DNA of 64,000 nt from an uncultured Burkholderiales bacterium (GTDB lineage Bacteria; Pseudomonadota; Gammaproteobacteria; Burkholderiales; Burkholderiaceae_C): assembly GCA_903894995.1 (NCBI GenBank), contig CAITSG010000156.1, positions 13,240 to 77,239 of the forward strand. Reading direction: 5' to 3'. Each line of letters begins with the position of its first letter. The stretch's first letter is position 1. Positions 9,170-22,887 of the stretch are shown here, one piece after another. The notes below the pieces were generated by a model. The model did not search any database, was not told the origin of the DNA, and saw nothing but the letters and a program-made list of their open reading frames with translations. The translations under genes were made by a program, and so were the position numbers.

Positions 9170-9285
9170 ACACCCGAAGCACCCTTTGGCTGCTGGCAGC
9201 CTTGCTGCTGGCCATCACCTTCGGGCTGTATGCCCAACCCGATGTGGTGGTGATGCTGGCCGACCAACTGTGGTCGTGTTTTTAA
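9166..9285 (+). CDS. small hydrophobic protein (39 aa), below the ORF-track cutoff
   Basis: The ATG overlaps the MFS stop (ATGA). MNTRSTLWLLAALLLAITFGLYAQPDVVVMLADQLWSCF has one TM-like segment, and third-codon positions are GC-rich like neighbouring genes. Confidence 0.4.
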   Translation: MNTRSTLWLLAALLLAITFGLYAQPDVVVMLADQLWSCF

Positions 9286-9304
9286 CTTTAGCCCCTGACT
9301 GAAC

Positions 9305-9850
9305 ATGCACGGCACCGAAAACCCCTCTGCCTGGGTCCAACGCTGGGCCCACCTGATTGCCCCGGGCAGCACTGTGCTCGATGTGGCCTGCGGCGCGGGT
9401 CGCCACATGCGTTTTTTGGCCTCGCGCGGGCACCGCGTCACGGGCGTGGACCGCAACCCCGAAGCCGTGGCCATGGCCCAAGCCAGTGGCCCGGTCATTT
9501 GTGCCGACATTGAAAACGGCCCATGGCCCTTTGCCGGACAAACATTTGGCTGCGTGGTGGTGACCCATTACCTTTGGCGTGATTTGCTGCCCACTCTTGT
9601 GGGCAGCGTGGCCCCGGGCGGCGTGTTGATCTACGAAACCTTTGCAGCTGGCAACGAAAGCGTGGGCAAGCCCTCGCGGCCTGACTTTTTGCTGCAGTCC
9701 GGCGAACTCCTGAAAGCCACTGTTGGTTTGCGCACGGTGGCTTACGAAGACGGTTTCGAGTCCTCGCCTGACCGATTTGTTCAGCGCATTGTGGCCGTGC
9801 GAGCCGGGCCAAGCGATGACATCGAACGCTGGCCATTGCAAGCCGCCTGA
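9305..9850 (+). CDS. class I SAM-dependent methyltransferase
   Basis: Motif I VLDVACGAGRH, followed by VTGVDRN and a GGVLIYETF pattern. Confidence 0.8.
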   Translation: MHGTENPSAWVQRWAHLIAPGSTVLDVACGAGRHMRFLASRGHRVTGVDRNPEAVAMAQASGPVICADIENGPWPFAGQTFGCVVVTHYLWRDLLPTLVGSVAPGGVLIYETFAAGNESVGKPSRPDFLLQSGELLKATVGLRTVAYEDGFESSPDRFVQRIVAVRAGPSDDIERWPLQAA

Positions 9851-9963
9851 AACCGCGCTCGCCTCGCGACTTTGCATGTGATGGCACCCGTGCAGGGTTG
9901 ACCAACATGCAGGTGACTGGCACTCGTTAGAATGATCATTTTTCCTGCTCAGAAACTCCTGAC

Positions 9964-10860
9964 ATGACCACCGAATTTCGCCCCATCCGTGGCAGCATTC
10001 CTGCCCTGATCACACCGATGCTTGAAAACGGCAATGTGGACTATCCCACTTTGCGAAAACTGATCGACTGGCATGTGGCCGAAGGCACCGATGCCATCGT
10101 GGTGGTAGGCACTTCGGGAGAATCCCCCACCGTGACCGTGGACGAGCACTGCGAAATCATCCGTGTATCGGTCGAACAAGCCGCCAAACGCATCCCCATC
10201 ATTGCCGGTTGTGGCGCGAACTCCACCGCTGAAGCGATCAATCTGGCCAAATTTGCACAAAAAGTCGGTGCTGACGCCCAGCTGCAAGTGGTGCCCTACT
10301 ACAACAAGCCCACCCAAGAAGGCCTTTACCAGCACTTCAAAGCGATTGCCGAGGCTGTGCCCGGCTTGCCCGTGATTCTTTACAACGTGCCAGGTCGCAC
10401 CGTGGCCGATCTCCAGCACGAAACCGTGCTGCGACTGGCCCAGGTGCCCGGCATCATTGGCATCAAGGAAGCCACCAGCAACATCGAGCGTGCGCAGTGG
10501 CTCATCCGTGACGTCCCCAAAGAATTTGCGGTGTTTTCAGGCGACGACGCCACCGCTGTGGCTTTGATGCTGTGCGGCGGTGCCGGTAACATCAGCGTGA
10601 CCGCCAACGTGGCACCACGGCTGATGCACGAACTGTGTATGGCCGCCCTGCGCGGCGATGTGCAAGAAGCCATGCGCATCCAGTTTCAACTGCTGCCCGT
10701 GCACAAAAACCTGTTTGTCGAAGCCAACCCCATTCCCGTCAAATGGGCCATGCAGCGAATGGGCCTGTGCGGCCCGACTTTGCGATTGCCCATGACGGAA
10801 CTGTCTGTGGCGCAACACCCGATGGTTGAAGCAGCCCTCCAAGCCGCCGGCCTGATTTAA
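9964..10860 (+). CDS. dapA: 4-hydroxy-tetrahydrodipicolinate synthase
   Basis: [10 protein letters not shown]...[12 protein letters not shown]...[17 protein letters not shown]...ILYNVPGRT; followed by bamC as in many proteobacteria. Confidence 0.93.
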   Translation: MTTEFRPIRGSIPALITPMLENGNVDYPTLRKLIDWHVAEGTDAIVVVGTSGESPTVTVDEHCEIIRVSVEQAAKRIPIIAGCGANSTAEAINLAKFAQKVGADAQLQVVPYYNKPTQEGLYQHFKAIAEAVPGLPVILYNVPGRTVADLQHETVLRLAQVPGIIGIKEATSNIERAQWLIRDVPKEFAVFSGDDATAVALMLCGGAGNISVTANVAPRLMHELCMAALRGDVQEAMRIQFQLLPVHKNLFVEANPIPVKWAMQRMGLCGPTLRLPMTELSVAQHPMVEAALQAAGLI

Positions 10861-10874
10861 AGAGCACCTCAAGG

Positions 10875-12002
10875 ATGTTTGTGAACCCTACCACTTTCTG
10901 CACCCTTTCCCGCATCCCCTTCAAGCGCACAGTCAGCATACTGTCCTTGGCGGTCCTGCTCAGTGCATGCGCAGCACTTGAAGAGGACAAAATCAACTAC
11001 AAGAGCGCGGCCAAAGCCCCGACCCTTGAAGTCCCCCCCGATTTGACGCAATTGCGCAAAGAATCGCGCTACGCCATCGAAAGCACATCGGCTACGGCGT
11101 CCGGATTTCAAAATGCAGGTTCGCGCGTTGTTGATGCAGGTACGGCAACCAACTCCTTGGGCAATGTGCGCTTGGAGCGTCAAGGCAATCAACGCTGGTT
11201 GGTGGCGTCCATGCCCGCAGACAAGCTTTGGGAGCCGCTGCGCGATTTTTGGAACAGCAACGGTTTCACTTTGGTCACCGACTCGCCTGAACTGGGCATC
11301 ATGGAAACGGATTGGGCTGAAAATCGCGCCAAAATTCCACAGGACTTTATTCGCAAAGCCTTGGGTAAAGTACTCGATTCGCTGTATTCATCTGGTGAAC
11401 GCGACAAATTCAGGACTCGAATAGAGCGCAATACGCAGGGCGGTGTCGAAATTTACATCACACACCGAGGCATGGCCGAAAATTTCACGAATGCCCAAAA
11501 AGACCAAACAGTTTGGCAACCACGCGCTTCCGATCCTGAGCTGGAAATTGAGTTTTTGCGCCGACTCATGGTCAAACTTGGCACATCGCCAGACGCAGCC
11601 AAAACGGCAGCCACAGCCGCCAATCCTGCCAGCAATGCCGTCACCATCGGCATGACACAAGGTCAAGCATCGATCACCTTGGTCGATACCCTGGACCGCG
11701 CATGGCGTCGTACAGGCGTCGCGCTTGATCGAAGTGGTTTCACGGTCGAAGACCGCGACCGCACCAACGGGCTTTATTTTGTTCGCTATGTTGCTGCTGG
11801 AAAAACCACCGAGCAACCTGGTTTATTCAGTCGCATGTTCAGCAGCAAAACCGAACTGTCCACTTTGGCGCGATACCGCATCAGCGTGACCGGTTTGTCA
11901 CAAGACCAAAGCGTGATTCGTATCCTGACCTCTGAGGGCAAACCGGCTGGCAAGGATGATGCCGAGCGCATTTTGAATTTAATTGCCCCACAATTGCGCT
12001 GA
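10875..12002 (+). CDS. bamC: outer membrane protein assembly factor BamC (NlpB-like lipoprotein)
   Basis: Lipobox LLSAC. Position immediately after dapA, and WLVASMPADKLWEPLRDFWNSNGF plus METDWAENRAKIP are BamC-like. Confidence 0.8.
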   Translation: MFVNPTTFCTLSRIPFKRTVSILSLAVLLSACAALEEDKINYKSAAKAPTLEVPPDLTQLRKESRYAIESTSATASGFQNAGSRVVDAGTATNSLGNVRLERQGNQRWLVASMPADKLWEPLRDFWNSNGFTLVTDSPELGIMETDWAENRAKIPQDFIRKALGKVLDSLYSSGERDKFRTRIERNTQGGVEIYITHRGMAENFTNAQKDQTVWQPRASDPELEIEFLRRLMVKLGTSPDAAKTAATAANPASNAVTIGMTQGQASITLVDTLDRAWRRTGVALDRSGFTVEDRDRTNGLYFVRYVAAGKTTEQPGLFSRMFSSKTELSTLARYRISVTGLSQDQSVIRILTSEGKPAGKDDAERILNLIAPQLR

Positions 12003-12023
12003 GCGCAAACTCAGTTAGCCATG

Positions 12024-12051
12024 AAAAAACCCCGCGATGCGGGGTTTTTTT
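12024..12051. terminator. bidirectional intrinsic terminator
   Basis: AAAAAA-CCCCGC-GAT-GCGGGG-TTTTTTT between convergent bamC and the small lipoprotein gene. Confidence 0.85.
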
Positions 12052-12094
12052 GATGGGCAACCTGACAATCATCAGGTGCTCAAAATTGGCCTGA

Positions 12095-12283
12095 TTACTT
12101 GCTTGCAGAAGCGTCAGAGGCTGGAGCAGCAGCTGGGGCAGCAGATGCGTCAGCAGCTGGAGCTGCAGGGGCTGGAGCAGCAGCAGCAGGTGCGGCTGCT
12201 GGAGCAGCAGCTTCTTCTTTTTTGCCGCAAGCGGACAAAGCTGCAGCGGCGATGATGGCGGCCAGAACGAGAGACTTGTTCAT
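12095..12283 (-). CDS. small Ala/Pro-rich lipoprotein
   Basis: MNKSLVLAAIIAAAALSAC lipobox followed by low-complexity AAAPAAAP... AGGA lies upstream of the ATG at 12283. Confidence 0.65.
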   Translation of the reverse strand: MNKSLVLAAIIAAAALSACGKKEEAAAPAAAPAAAAPAPAAPAADASAAPAAAPASDASASK

Positions 12284-12471
12284 TTGGATATTCCTAATAT
12301 GAGAATGGATGAGAAAACAATTTCCGGAAATTGTCACAACAACTTTATGAAGATGTCGGACCGAGACAAAAGCACTCGAGCTCTTTTGTACTCAGCCACT
12401 GATTATAGCGTTTTCCCTTAAATATTTTCCCTTCCCCTTCACCAAACTGACAGACTAGGCTTAAAAAGTGT

Positions 12472-13608
12472 TCAAAGTAAGTGATTTTGTTTCGGACGAA
12501 GCCACCCAGCGAGCGCCCAATCGACCAAAGCTTCTTTGGCATTTTTACTCAAGCTTTTGAAACCACCCGCTGACAGCTGACGAACATCGGCCAAATGACG
12601 CAAATTGCTTGCATCCTTTCCCCCAACACGGAAACTCTCACCATTGATGAAAATATGACGCCCGTCGTACATCATTTTGGTGCGACGATCCAATTGCACA
12701 CCGACCGATAAGTCGGGCTCATCGTCCAGAGGCTCAAACCACACTTGAGCCTTGGACTCGGTCAGGTATTCGCCCAACAAGCTGTCGATCAAATGGGGGT
12801 CATTCAAGGCCTTGGCAATCGCCCGTCTTGCGAAATCACCCAAATCGGGGGGAATGGCTGCAGACGCGCTGACTGCGGGCTGTTTCGGGTCTCGATACAG
12901 CGCATGGCCCACACCATCAAAGGCCTCATCGGCCAAGCCAAGCAACAACTCACGGGCCAGCTCGCCCTCTTGGGGCGAACGGAAGCCGATCGACCAGGTC
13001 ATGCATTCACCAACGGCCATGCCGTCATGGGCATATTTGGGCGGCAGATACAGCATGTCACCGGCGTTGAGCACAAACTCTTCTTCAGCTTCAAAGTTTT
13101 GCAAAATCTTGAGCGGCACGTTCAGCTGCAGGCTGAGGTCTTTTTGACGACCAATGCGCCATGAGCGCTGACCATGGGCTTGCAACAAGAACACATCGTA
13201 GCTGTCAAAGTGCGGCCCAACGCCCCCACCATCAGTGGCGTAACTGATCATCACATCATCCAGCCGTGCATCGGGCACAAAGCGAAACTGCTGCATCAGC
13301 GTGTGCACGCCATCGTGGTGCAAGTCCACGCCCTGAACCAAAAAGGTCCATTTTTTTTGACTGAATGGCGGCAAGCTGCGCTTGGGGAAAGGGCCGTGCT
13401 TCATCTTCCAGCCTTTGTCAGAGTCGATGATCAGGCGTGATTCAACCCCCTCCTCGCCCGCCAAAGCCACCAACTCGGATCGGCCCACACAGGGCACAAA
13501 ACCCGGGATCGCGTTGCGCACCAGCAAAGGTTTTTTCTGCCAATGGCGCTTCATGAATTGACTGGGTGTCAGGCCGCCCAGCAGGGGCAAGGGTTGTTCT
13601 GTGTTCAT
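12472..13608 (-). CDS. JmjC/cupin-4 family oxygenase (ribosomal protein uL16 hydroxylase RoxA/YcfD-like)
   Basis: FMKRHWQKKPLLVRNAIPGF, GGGVGPHFDSYDVFLLQAHGQRSWRIG and MLYLPPKYAHDG parallel E. coli YcfD motifs. Start chosen at MNTEQPLP (13608). Confidence 0.8.
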   Translation of the reverse strand: MNTEQPLPLLGGLTPSQFMKRHWQKKPLLVRNAIPGFVPCVGRSELVALAGEEGVESRLIIDSDKGWKMKHGPFPKRSLPPFSQKKWTFLVQGVDLHHDGVHTLMQQFRFVPDARLDDVMISYATDGGGVGPHFDSYDVFLLQAHGQRSWRIGRQKDLSLQLNVPLKILQNFEAEEEFVLNAGDMLYLPPKYAHDGMAVGECMTWSIGFRSPQEGELARELLLGLADEAFDGVGHALYRDPKQPAVSASAAIPPDLGDFARRAIAKALNDPHLIDSLLGEYLTESKAQVWFEPLDDEPDLSVGVQLDRRTKMMYDGRHIFINGESFRVGGKDASNLRHLADVRQLSAGGFKSLSKNAKEALVDWALAGWLRPKQNHLL

Positions 13609-13694
13609 GTCTCTTTTCCTTTGAAGCCAACATTGAGGGGCTTGTTCAAAGCACAAGCGGCCAAAACCGGCCGCCAAACTGCGACAATTGTCCT

Positions 13695-14228
13695 ATGGAA
13701 ATCAAGACACCTTCTGTGGTCGCACTGACCTGGACACTCAAAGACACGTTGGGCGAAATTCTGGACACCCTGGACGAGCCCGTTGAATTTTTCATTGGCG
13801 GCCAGGATTTGCTGCCCAAGATCGAAGAAGCCCTGCAAGGTCACGAAAAAGGTGCCAAGGTCGATCTGCACTTGGAGCCCGAAGACGCTTTTGGTGACTT
13901 CGACGAGAGACTGCTGTTTCTGGAACCCCTTTTGCTTTTCCCTGAAGGCTTGGAAGAAGGCCTGACCATTGAAGGCAGCGCCTTGCCCGCAGGCTGCAAC
14001 CCCGATGCACCGCGCAATGTGCTCTATACCGTGACCGAAATCTATCCCGAACATGCGGTGTTGGACGGTAACCACCCGCTTTCGGGCATCGCCTTGCGAT
14101 TGAGTCTTAAGGTAGCGTCGGTTCGTGAGCCGACCGAAGCCGAAGTGGACAGCGGCAGCTGCGGCACCGGGTTTTTCAAAATCGAAGTCGGTGATGAAGG
14201 CCTGCCCACCGGGCCAACGCTTCACTGA
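13695..14228 (+). CDS. FKBP-type peptidyl-prolyl cis-trans isomerase (SlyD/SlpA-like)
   Basis: VVALTWTLKDTLGEILD...EFFIGGQDLLPKIEEALQGHEKGAKVDLHLEPEDAFG... with an inserted-flap layout. Start at MEIKTP. Confidence 0.75.
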   Translation: MEIKTPSVVALTWTLKDTLGEILDTLDEPVEFFIGGQDLLPKIEEALQGHEKGAKVDLHLEPEDAFGDFDERLLFLEPLLLFPEGLEEGLTIEGSALPAGCNPDAPRNVLYTVTEIYPEHAVLDGNHPLSGIALRLSLKVASVREPTEAEVDSGSCGTGFFKIEVGDEGLPTGPTLH

Positions 14229-14343
14229 GGCATCAGTGCCATTGTTTGAGAGTCGGATCGGCGGTTGTAGATCGGTAGTTCTAGCCGCGAAACGCCTCAA
14301 GGTTCGCCATGTCGGGGCTGATGCTCACACCTCGGGTTGGGAC

Positions 14344-14793
14344 TTATTTTTTGCCTGTTGAGCCATAACCGCCCTCACCACGCTCAGTGGGCGCAACAAA
14401 TTCACTCACCACGTTGAATGTGGCCTGCACCACTGGCACGATGACCATTTGCGCAATCCGCTCCATTGGCTCAATGGTGAAGGCCACATCGCTGCGGTTC
14501 CAGGCGCTGACCATGAGCTGGCCTTGGTAATCGCTGTCAATCAAGCCCACCAAATTACCCAGCACGATGCCGTGCTTGTGGCCCAAACCGGAACGCGGCA
14601 GCAGCATGGCGGCGTACCCCGAGTCTTTCAGGTGCACAGCAATGCCCGTGGGCACCAGTTGCCAAGCGTTGGCTTGCAGGGTCAAAGGGGCGTCCAGACA
14701 GGCACGCAAATCCAGCCCAGCACTGCCCGTCGTGGCATACGCCGGGATTTGATCAGCCATTCGGGCGTCGATGATTTTGAGGTCGATGTTCAT
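14344..14793 (-). CDS. dut: dUTP diphosphatase
   Basis: [12 protein letters not shown]...[13 protein letters not shown]...[25 protein letters not shown]...[11 protein letters not shown]. Confidence 0.93.
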   Translation of the reverse strand: MNIDLKIIDARMADQIPAYATTGSAGLDLRACLDAPLTLQANAWQLVPTGIAVHLKDSGYAAMLLPRSGLGHKHGIVLGNLVGLIDSDYQGQLMVSAWNRSDVAFTIEPMERIAQMVIVPVVQATFNVVSEFVAPTERGEGGYGSTGKK

Positions 14794-14812
14794 GTGCGCT
14801 TGGGCGTTGGCT

Positions 14813-16078
14813 TCAGTTTCGTTCGCTGAACGTTGAACGCCCAACGCCGTGCCCTGAATCATCCTGTCGATTCAAACGGGTGGCAATATCGGCGATCAGG
14901 TCCACGGCCAGCTTCTGCTTGCTGGCGTGCGGCATTTCGTAGGCACCCGTTTCATCGACCAGCAGCAAAGCGTTGTCGTCCTGCCCGAAAGTTGACGGAC
15001 CAATATTACCCACCAAGAGTGGCACACCTTTGCGAATGCGCTTGGCTGAGGCATGGGTCAGCAAATCATGGCTTTCGGCAGCGAAACCCACGCAAAACAA
15101 CTCACCAGACGCGGCACGGGGAGAATGCGCCACCGAGGCCAGAATGTCCGAATTCTCAACGAAACTCATCTGGGGCGTCTCTCCTGATCCATCTTTTTTG
15201 ATTTTCTGATCAGCAGTACTCGCCGGACGCCAATCGGCCACAGCAGCTGTCGAAATGAACACCTGAGCCTCATCCACAAACGGCTGCACCGCCTCCAACA
15301 TTTGCCGTGCAGACCGCACATCCACCCGCTTGACGCCCCTGGGTGTTGCAAGGCTGACTGGGCCTGCGATCAAGGTCACATCGGCTCCGGCCAGTCGAGC
15401 TGCACGGGCAATGGCAAACCCCATCTTGCCACTCGACAAATTGGTGATGCCGCGGACCGGATCGATCGCCTCATAGGTCGGCCCGGCCGTGACCAACACT
15501 TGCTTGCCCGCCATCACTTTGGGGGTAAAAAAACCTTCGAGTTCTTCAAGAATCTCATCGGCTTCAAGCATGCGCCCGTCGCCAGTCTCGCCACAAGCCT
15601 GATCGCCCTGCCCCACATCCAGCACATGGATGCCGTCGGCCTTGAGTTGCGCCATATTGCGCTGCGTGGCTGGGTTGGCCCACATTTCGCGGTTCATGGC
15701 CGGGGCCAAAATCAGCGGCACCTTGTCCAGCGGCCGTGCCAAGCACATGAGGCTCAGCAACTCGTCGGCACCACCATGAAGCAGCTTGGACATGAAGTCG
15801 GCACTGGAGGGGGCAACCACAATCGCATCTGCCTCGCGGCTCAAATTGATGTGGGCCATGTTGTTGGCTTCTCTCGGGTCCCACTGCGAGGTGTAGACCG
15901 TCCTGCCTGACAGCGCCTGCAAGGTAACGGCCGTCATGAATTGCTCGGCCGCCTCGGTCATCACCACCTGCACGGTAACGCCCGCTTTGACCAAAGCGCG
16001 GCAGAGCTCAGCCGATTTGAAGGCAGCGATGCCGCCCGACAAGCCAAGAACGATGTGTTTTCCACTCAATGTACTCAT
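14813..16078 (-). CDS. coaBC: bifunctional phosphopantothenoylcysteine decarboxylase / phosphopantothenate-cysteine ligase
   Basis: [20 protein letters not shown]..., [22 protein letters not shown]; located upstream of dut as usual. Confidence 0.92.
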   Translation of the reverse strand: MSTLSGKHIVLGLSGGIAAFKSAELCRALVKAGVTVQVVMTEAAEQFMTAVTLQALSGRTVYTSQWDPREANNMAHINLSREADAIVVAPSSADFMSKLLHGGADELLSLMCLARPLDKVPLILAPAMNREMWANPATQRNMAQLKADGIHVLDVGQGDQACGETGDGRMLEADEILEELEGFFTPKVMAGKQVLVTAGPTYEAIDPVRGITNLSSGKMGFAIARAARLAGADVTLIAGPVSLATPRGVKRVDVRSARQMLEAVQPFVDEAQVFISTAAVADWRPASTADQKIKKDGSGETPQMSFVENSDILASVAHSPRAASGELFCVGFAAESHDLLTHASAKRIRKGVPLLVGNIGPSTFGQDDNALLLVDETGAYEMPHASKQKLAVDLIADIATRLNRQDDSGHGVGRSTFSERN

Positions 16079-16217
16079 GACTGGAAATGTATCAGAGCGG
16101 GAACTCGTTATGGTTCACCCACATGACCCACAAAGCTCATCCTATGGTCAAGTGCAAGCCCACATTTTCAAGCACTTGAACATGGCATGCAGTACCAACG
16201 CCATGGGCTCAGTGAGG

Positions 16218-17435
16218 TCAACGATGCCTGCGCAAATGCATGACCGCCAGCGCCAGCGAAGCCACCTGCAAGACCGCACAAAAGAAGAACGGTGCACCCA
16301 TTCGCCAGTCACCTAGGGGCAAGTGCGACACCATGGCCAGCAAGGGCGCGCCCAACATGGGGGCCACCACCGCCATCAAACTGCTCAGCGCACTGACCGC
16401 GCCCATGGTCTGGCCCTGGCTTTTGCTGTCGGCTGCCGATGAAATCATGCTTTGCACCGAAGCGTTCACCGTACCGCCCAGCAAGTTCAAGGCTATCACG
16501 GCGTACATCATCCAGCCTTCGGTGGCTGCGCCCCAGAGCGTGTAGGCAAGGACCGATGAGATCAAACCCATGATGGCCAACTTGGGTGAGGCATAGCGCT
16601 TGAGCAAACGGCCCATCAAGACGCCTTGCACCAACACCGCCACCATGCCCACCACGGCCAGTGACCAGCCGTTTTCGCTGGGGCCCCAGCCAAACTTGAA
16701 GCTGTTGTAGAGCACCCAAACCGTGTACAAAACAAACTGTGCCAACGCACTGAACGCCACCACACCCACCAAGGGCCCCACGCCCTTCAATTGCCCCAGC
16801 TTGCGCAATGAGCTGGCCGGATTTGCAGAGCGCCAACTGAAGGCTTTGCGCTGCGATGCGGGCAGCGACTCTGGCAGGACAAAGTAGCCATACAAACCGT
16901 TCAGCAATGTGAGGCCACCGGCCACATAAAAGGGCAGATGAAGATCAATCGCCCCCAACAAACCACCCATCACCGGCCCCACGATGAAGCCCAAGCCCAT
17001 CATGGCCCCCAGCAAGCCAAAGCGCTTGGCCCGGTCTTGCGGGTCAGAAATGTCGGCCACATAGGCGTTGGCAATGGCCGCATTGGCTTGCATGGCACCG
17101 CCCAGCGTGCGCACTGCGATCAAACCCCACAACGTGGTGCTCATGGCGGTGCCAAAAAAGCTCACGCCCAGTCCCATGAAACCCAGCAGCAAAACGGGCC
17201 TGCGCCCATAACGGTCTGACAAAGCGCCCAGCACGGGGGCTGCCAAAAAATTGGACAGGCCAAAGGCCACAGCCGTCACACCATACCAATAGGCTTGATC
17301 GGCCTGGTTGACCGAAAAACTGCCCACCAATGCGGGCAAGACCGGGATGATCACGCCAATCGCGGCCATGTCGATCAACACGGCCAACATGATGAACGGC
17401 ATGGCCGCCTCTCGGGAACGGAACTTTTCAAGCAT
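16218..17435 (-). CDS. MFS transporter (TCR/Tet-like family)
   Basis: 405 aa. GALSDRYGRRPVLLL motif and 12 predicted TM segments. Confidence 0.8.
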   Translation of the reverse strand: MLEKFRSREAAMPFIMLAVLIDMAAIGVIIPVLPALVGSFSVNQADQAYWYGVTAVAFGLSNFLAAPVLGALSDRYGRRPVLLLGFMGLGVSFFGTAMSTTLWGLIAVRTLGGAMQANAAIANAYVADISDPQDRAKRFGLLGAMMGLGFIVGPVMGGLLGAIDLHLPFYVAGGLTLLNGLYGYFVLPESLPASQRKAFSWRSANPASSLRKLGQLKGVGPLVGVVAFSALAQFVLYTVWVLYNSFKFGWGPSENGWSLAVVGMVAVLVQGVLMGRLLKRYASPKLAIMGLISSVLAYTLWGAATEGWMMYAVIALNLLGGTVNASVQSMISSAADSKSQGQTMGAVSALSSLMAVVAPMLGAPLLAMVSHLPLGDWRMGAPFFFCAVLQVASLALAVMHLRRHR

Positions 17436-18135
17436 GGGGAAACTCCGGGGAATGGGGGGCGTCTGAAGGCGTCCAGGCCGCTTGGGCCAGATGATGCAAA
17501 TGGTTTTGGATGTCTTGCGGCCAAGGCGTCAGCAAAGCCTCAAAGCGCAAACGATCGGCGGCAAACAGGGCTCGGGCTGCTTCTTCAAAGCCCTCCAGGC
17601 AACCCGCCATGGCCGACATGAAGCGGTATGTGGCCTGTTGCGACAGGCGGCACAGGTCTTGTAACTGGCTCTCTTTGCAGGCTTGATCGACCAGTTTGCG
17701 CAAAGCCACCGAGGCCCCGCCGGGCTGGCCGCTCAACCAAGCCCAGTGGCGCGGCAACAATGTCACCTCTCGCGCCACGACGCCCAGCTTGGGGCGGCCC
17801 GGGCCTGACTTGGCCAATGTTGGGTCTTCATTGGGGGTGTTTGCGGCAGGCGCGTCTGTGACCAATGTGCCATCAACAGGCTTTGTCAAGCCCGCCAGCA
17901 TTGAGGGGTGAGACAAGGCAAGCCTTGCCAGCACCTCCTGTGGTGTACCTCGCAGGTCGAAATCCAACACCTCACTGCTGCATGCGTTAAAAACCATGAA
18001 CCGCGCCAAAGGCCGCGCTTCGCTCGCCACCTTGACCTCCAAAGCCACTTGGGCCAGACCACCCTGGACCAAGCAACGGCTGCCTTCAAATGCAATGAAT
18101 TCAAGAGGTAATGGGTCAAGACGCGGTGGGCTCAA
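17428..18135 (-). CDS. DUF2239-like protein
   Basis: FIAFEGSRCLVQGGLAQVALEVK...VFNACSSEVLDFDLRG resembles my recollection of DUF2239. The stop overlaps the MFS start by 8 nt. Confidence 0.55.
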   Translation of the reverse strand: MSPPRLDPLPLEFIAFEGSRCLVQGGLAQVALEVKVASEARPLARFMVFNACSSEVLDFDLRGTPQEVLARLALSHPSMLAGLTKPVDGTLVTDAPAANTPNEDPTLAKSGPGRPKLGVVAREVTLLPRHWAWLSGQPGGASVALRKLVDQACKESQLQDLCRLSQQATYRFMSAMAGCLEGFEEAARALFAADRLRFEALLTPWPQDIQNHLHHLAQAAWTPSDAPHSPEFPHA

Positions 18136-18290
18136 GTAACGCCTCCAATAGAAAAACCCTAATTATGCCCGGATTAAATAAAATTACCCGGGTAAAATTC
18201 TGAAATGGACATTTTGAATGACCTGTCATGGAAAGACCCGCCGTGAACAAACCCCAGAGTCAACAAGCAACAACAAACCACTGACCATGA

Positions 18291-20105
<1,815 letters not shown>

Positions 20106-20127
20106 AGCGCCATTTAAAGGACACCCC

Positions 20128-20982
20128 ATGAAACTTTGCGGATTTGACGTTGGCCTGAACAAGCCCTTCTTTTTGATTGCGGGCACCTGCTCCATCGAAG
20201 GTCTTGAGATGTCGGTCGAGGTGGCGGGTCGCTTGAAAGAGGCTTGCTCGGCCCTGGGCATTCCCCTTATCTACAAAGGCTCGTTCGACAAAGCCAACCG
20301 ATCTTCTGGCAGCACCCAGCGCGGCGTGGGCATTGATGCGGGCCTGAAAATTCTCCAGGAGGTGCGCCGCCAGATCGGCGTGCCGATCCTCACCGACGTG
20401 CACGACGAGTCACAGGTCAAAACTGTGGCCAGCGTGGTCGATGTGCTGCAGACACCCGCCTTCTTGTGCAGACAGACCGACTTCATTCGCGCTGTGGCCC
20501 AGTCGGGCAAGCCGGTCAACATCAAGAAGGGGCAATTTTTGGCCCCTTGGGACATGAAAAACGTGATCGACAAGGCCAGATCCGCTGCACGCGAAGTGGG
20601 TTTGCCTGAAGACAACTTTTTGGCCTGCGAGCGCGGCGTAAGCTTTGGCTACAACAACTTGGTGGCCGACATGACGAGCCTGGCCGAAATGCGCAAGACG
20701 GGCGCACCGGTGGTGTTTGATGTGACCCACTCGGTGCAAAAGCCTGGCGGTCAAGGCACCAGCAGCGGCGGCGCGCGCGACATGGTGCCCGTGCTGGCCC
20801 GTGCAGGTGTTGCCGTGGGTGTGGCTGGCCTGTTCATGGAAACCCACCCCAAGCCCGCTGAGGCTTGGTCCGATGGCCCCAACGCCGTGCCCTTGGGCAA
20901 AATGCGGACCCTGCTTGAAACTTTGGTGCAGCTCGATGCCGTGACCAAGAAAAACCCATTTTTAGAGGATGACTTCTCATGA
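20128..20982 (+). CDS. kdsA: 3-deoxy-8-phosphooctulonate synthase
   Basis: [25 protein letters not shown]...[12 protein letters not shown]...[12 protein letters not shown]. Confidence 0.93.
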   Translation: MKLCGFDVGLNKPFFLIAGTCSIEGLEMSVEVAGRLKEACSALGIPLIYKGSFDKANRSSGSTQRGVGIDAGLKILQEVRRQIGVPILTDVHDESQVKTVASVVDVLQTPAFLCRQTDFIRAVAQSGKPVNIKKGQFLAPWDMKNVIDKARSAAREVGLPEDNFLACERGVSFGYNNLVADMTSLAEMRKTGAPVVFDVTHSVQKPGGQGTSSGGARDMVPVLARAGVAVGVAGLFMETHPKPAEAWSDGPNAVPLGKMRTLLETLVQLDAVTKKNPFLEDDFS

Positions 20983-21266
20983 GCGGCTACATCATTGCCC
21001 ACGTACAGGTGAGCAACCCCACGCAATACGAAGAATACAAAAAATGGTCTACCGCGGCCATGAAAACGGCAGGTGCCGAGGTTTGTGTGCGCGGCGGCCA
21101 AGTGCAAGTGCTTGAAGGCGACTGGTCACCTGAGCGCATTGTCATCCTCAAGTTCCCCTCGTTCGAGGCGGCCAAGGCCTTTTACGAACTGCCTGAATAC
21201 CTGAAGGCCCGTGAAGCGCGCGAAGGGGCTGCCATCATGCGCATGGTGGCCGTTCAAGGCGTTTGA
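20979..21266 (+). CDS. DUF1330 domain protein
   Basis: 95 aa. [19 protein letters not shown]...[23 protein letters not shown] overlap with kdsA. Confidence 0.7.
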   Translation: MSGYIIAHVQVSNPTQYEEYKKWSTAAMKTAGAEVCVRGGQVQVLEGDWSPERIVILKFPSFEAAKAFYELPEYLKAREAREGAAIMRMVAVQGV

Positions 21267-21305
21267 GCCCTGGAATTTCAAGACCTGTTTATTTTTTTAA
21301 TTTGA

Positions 21306-22601
<1,296 letters not shown>

Positions 22602-22605
22602 GTGA

Positions 22606-22887
22606 TTGAGTGTGGGCAAGCGCCTGTTACCTGTTGTGTTGTTCGTTTTGCTGTTGGTCATGCAAGCACAACTGTGGTTCGGGCGCGGAAGTTTGACCCA
22701 TGTCTCAGAACTCCGCGCAGAGCTGGAACGACAAAAAGCGTCCAACGAAGACGCTCGGCGCAAGATCGACCAACTCAGTGCCGAAGTCAATGACCTGAAA
22801 GAGGGCCTGAACATGGTCGAAGAGCGAGCCCGAAGTGAACTGGGCATGGTCAAGCCGCATGAAATTCTGGTCCAACTGGCCAAATGA
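22606..22887 (+). CDS. ftsB: cell division protein FtsB
   Basis: One TM segment plus a coiled coil, ARSELGMVKPHEILVQL, and position after eno. Apparent TTG start at 22606 (GTG at 22612 is also possible). Confidence 0.8.
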   Translation: MSVGKRLLPVVLFVLLLVMQAQLWFGRGSLTHVSELRAELERQKASNEDARRKIDQLSAEVNDLKEGLNMVEERARSELGMVKPHEILVQLAK

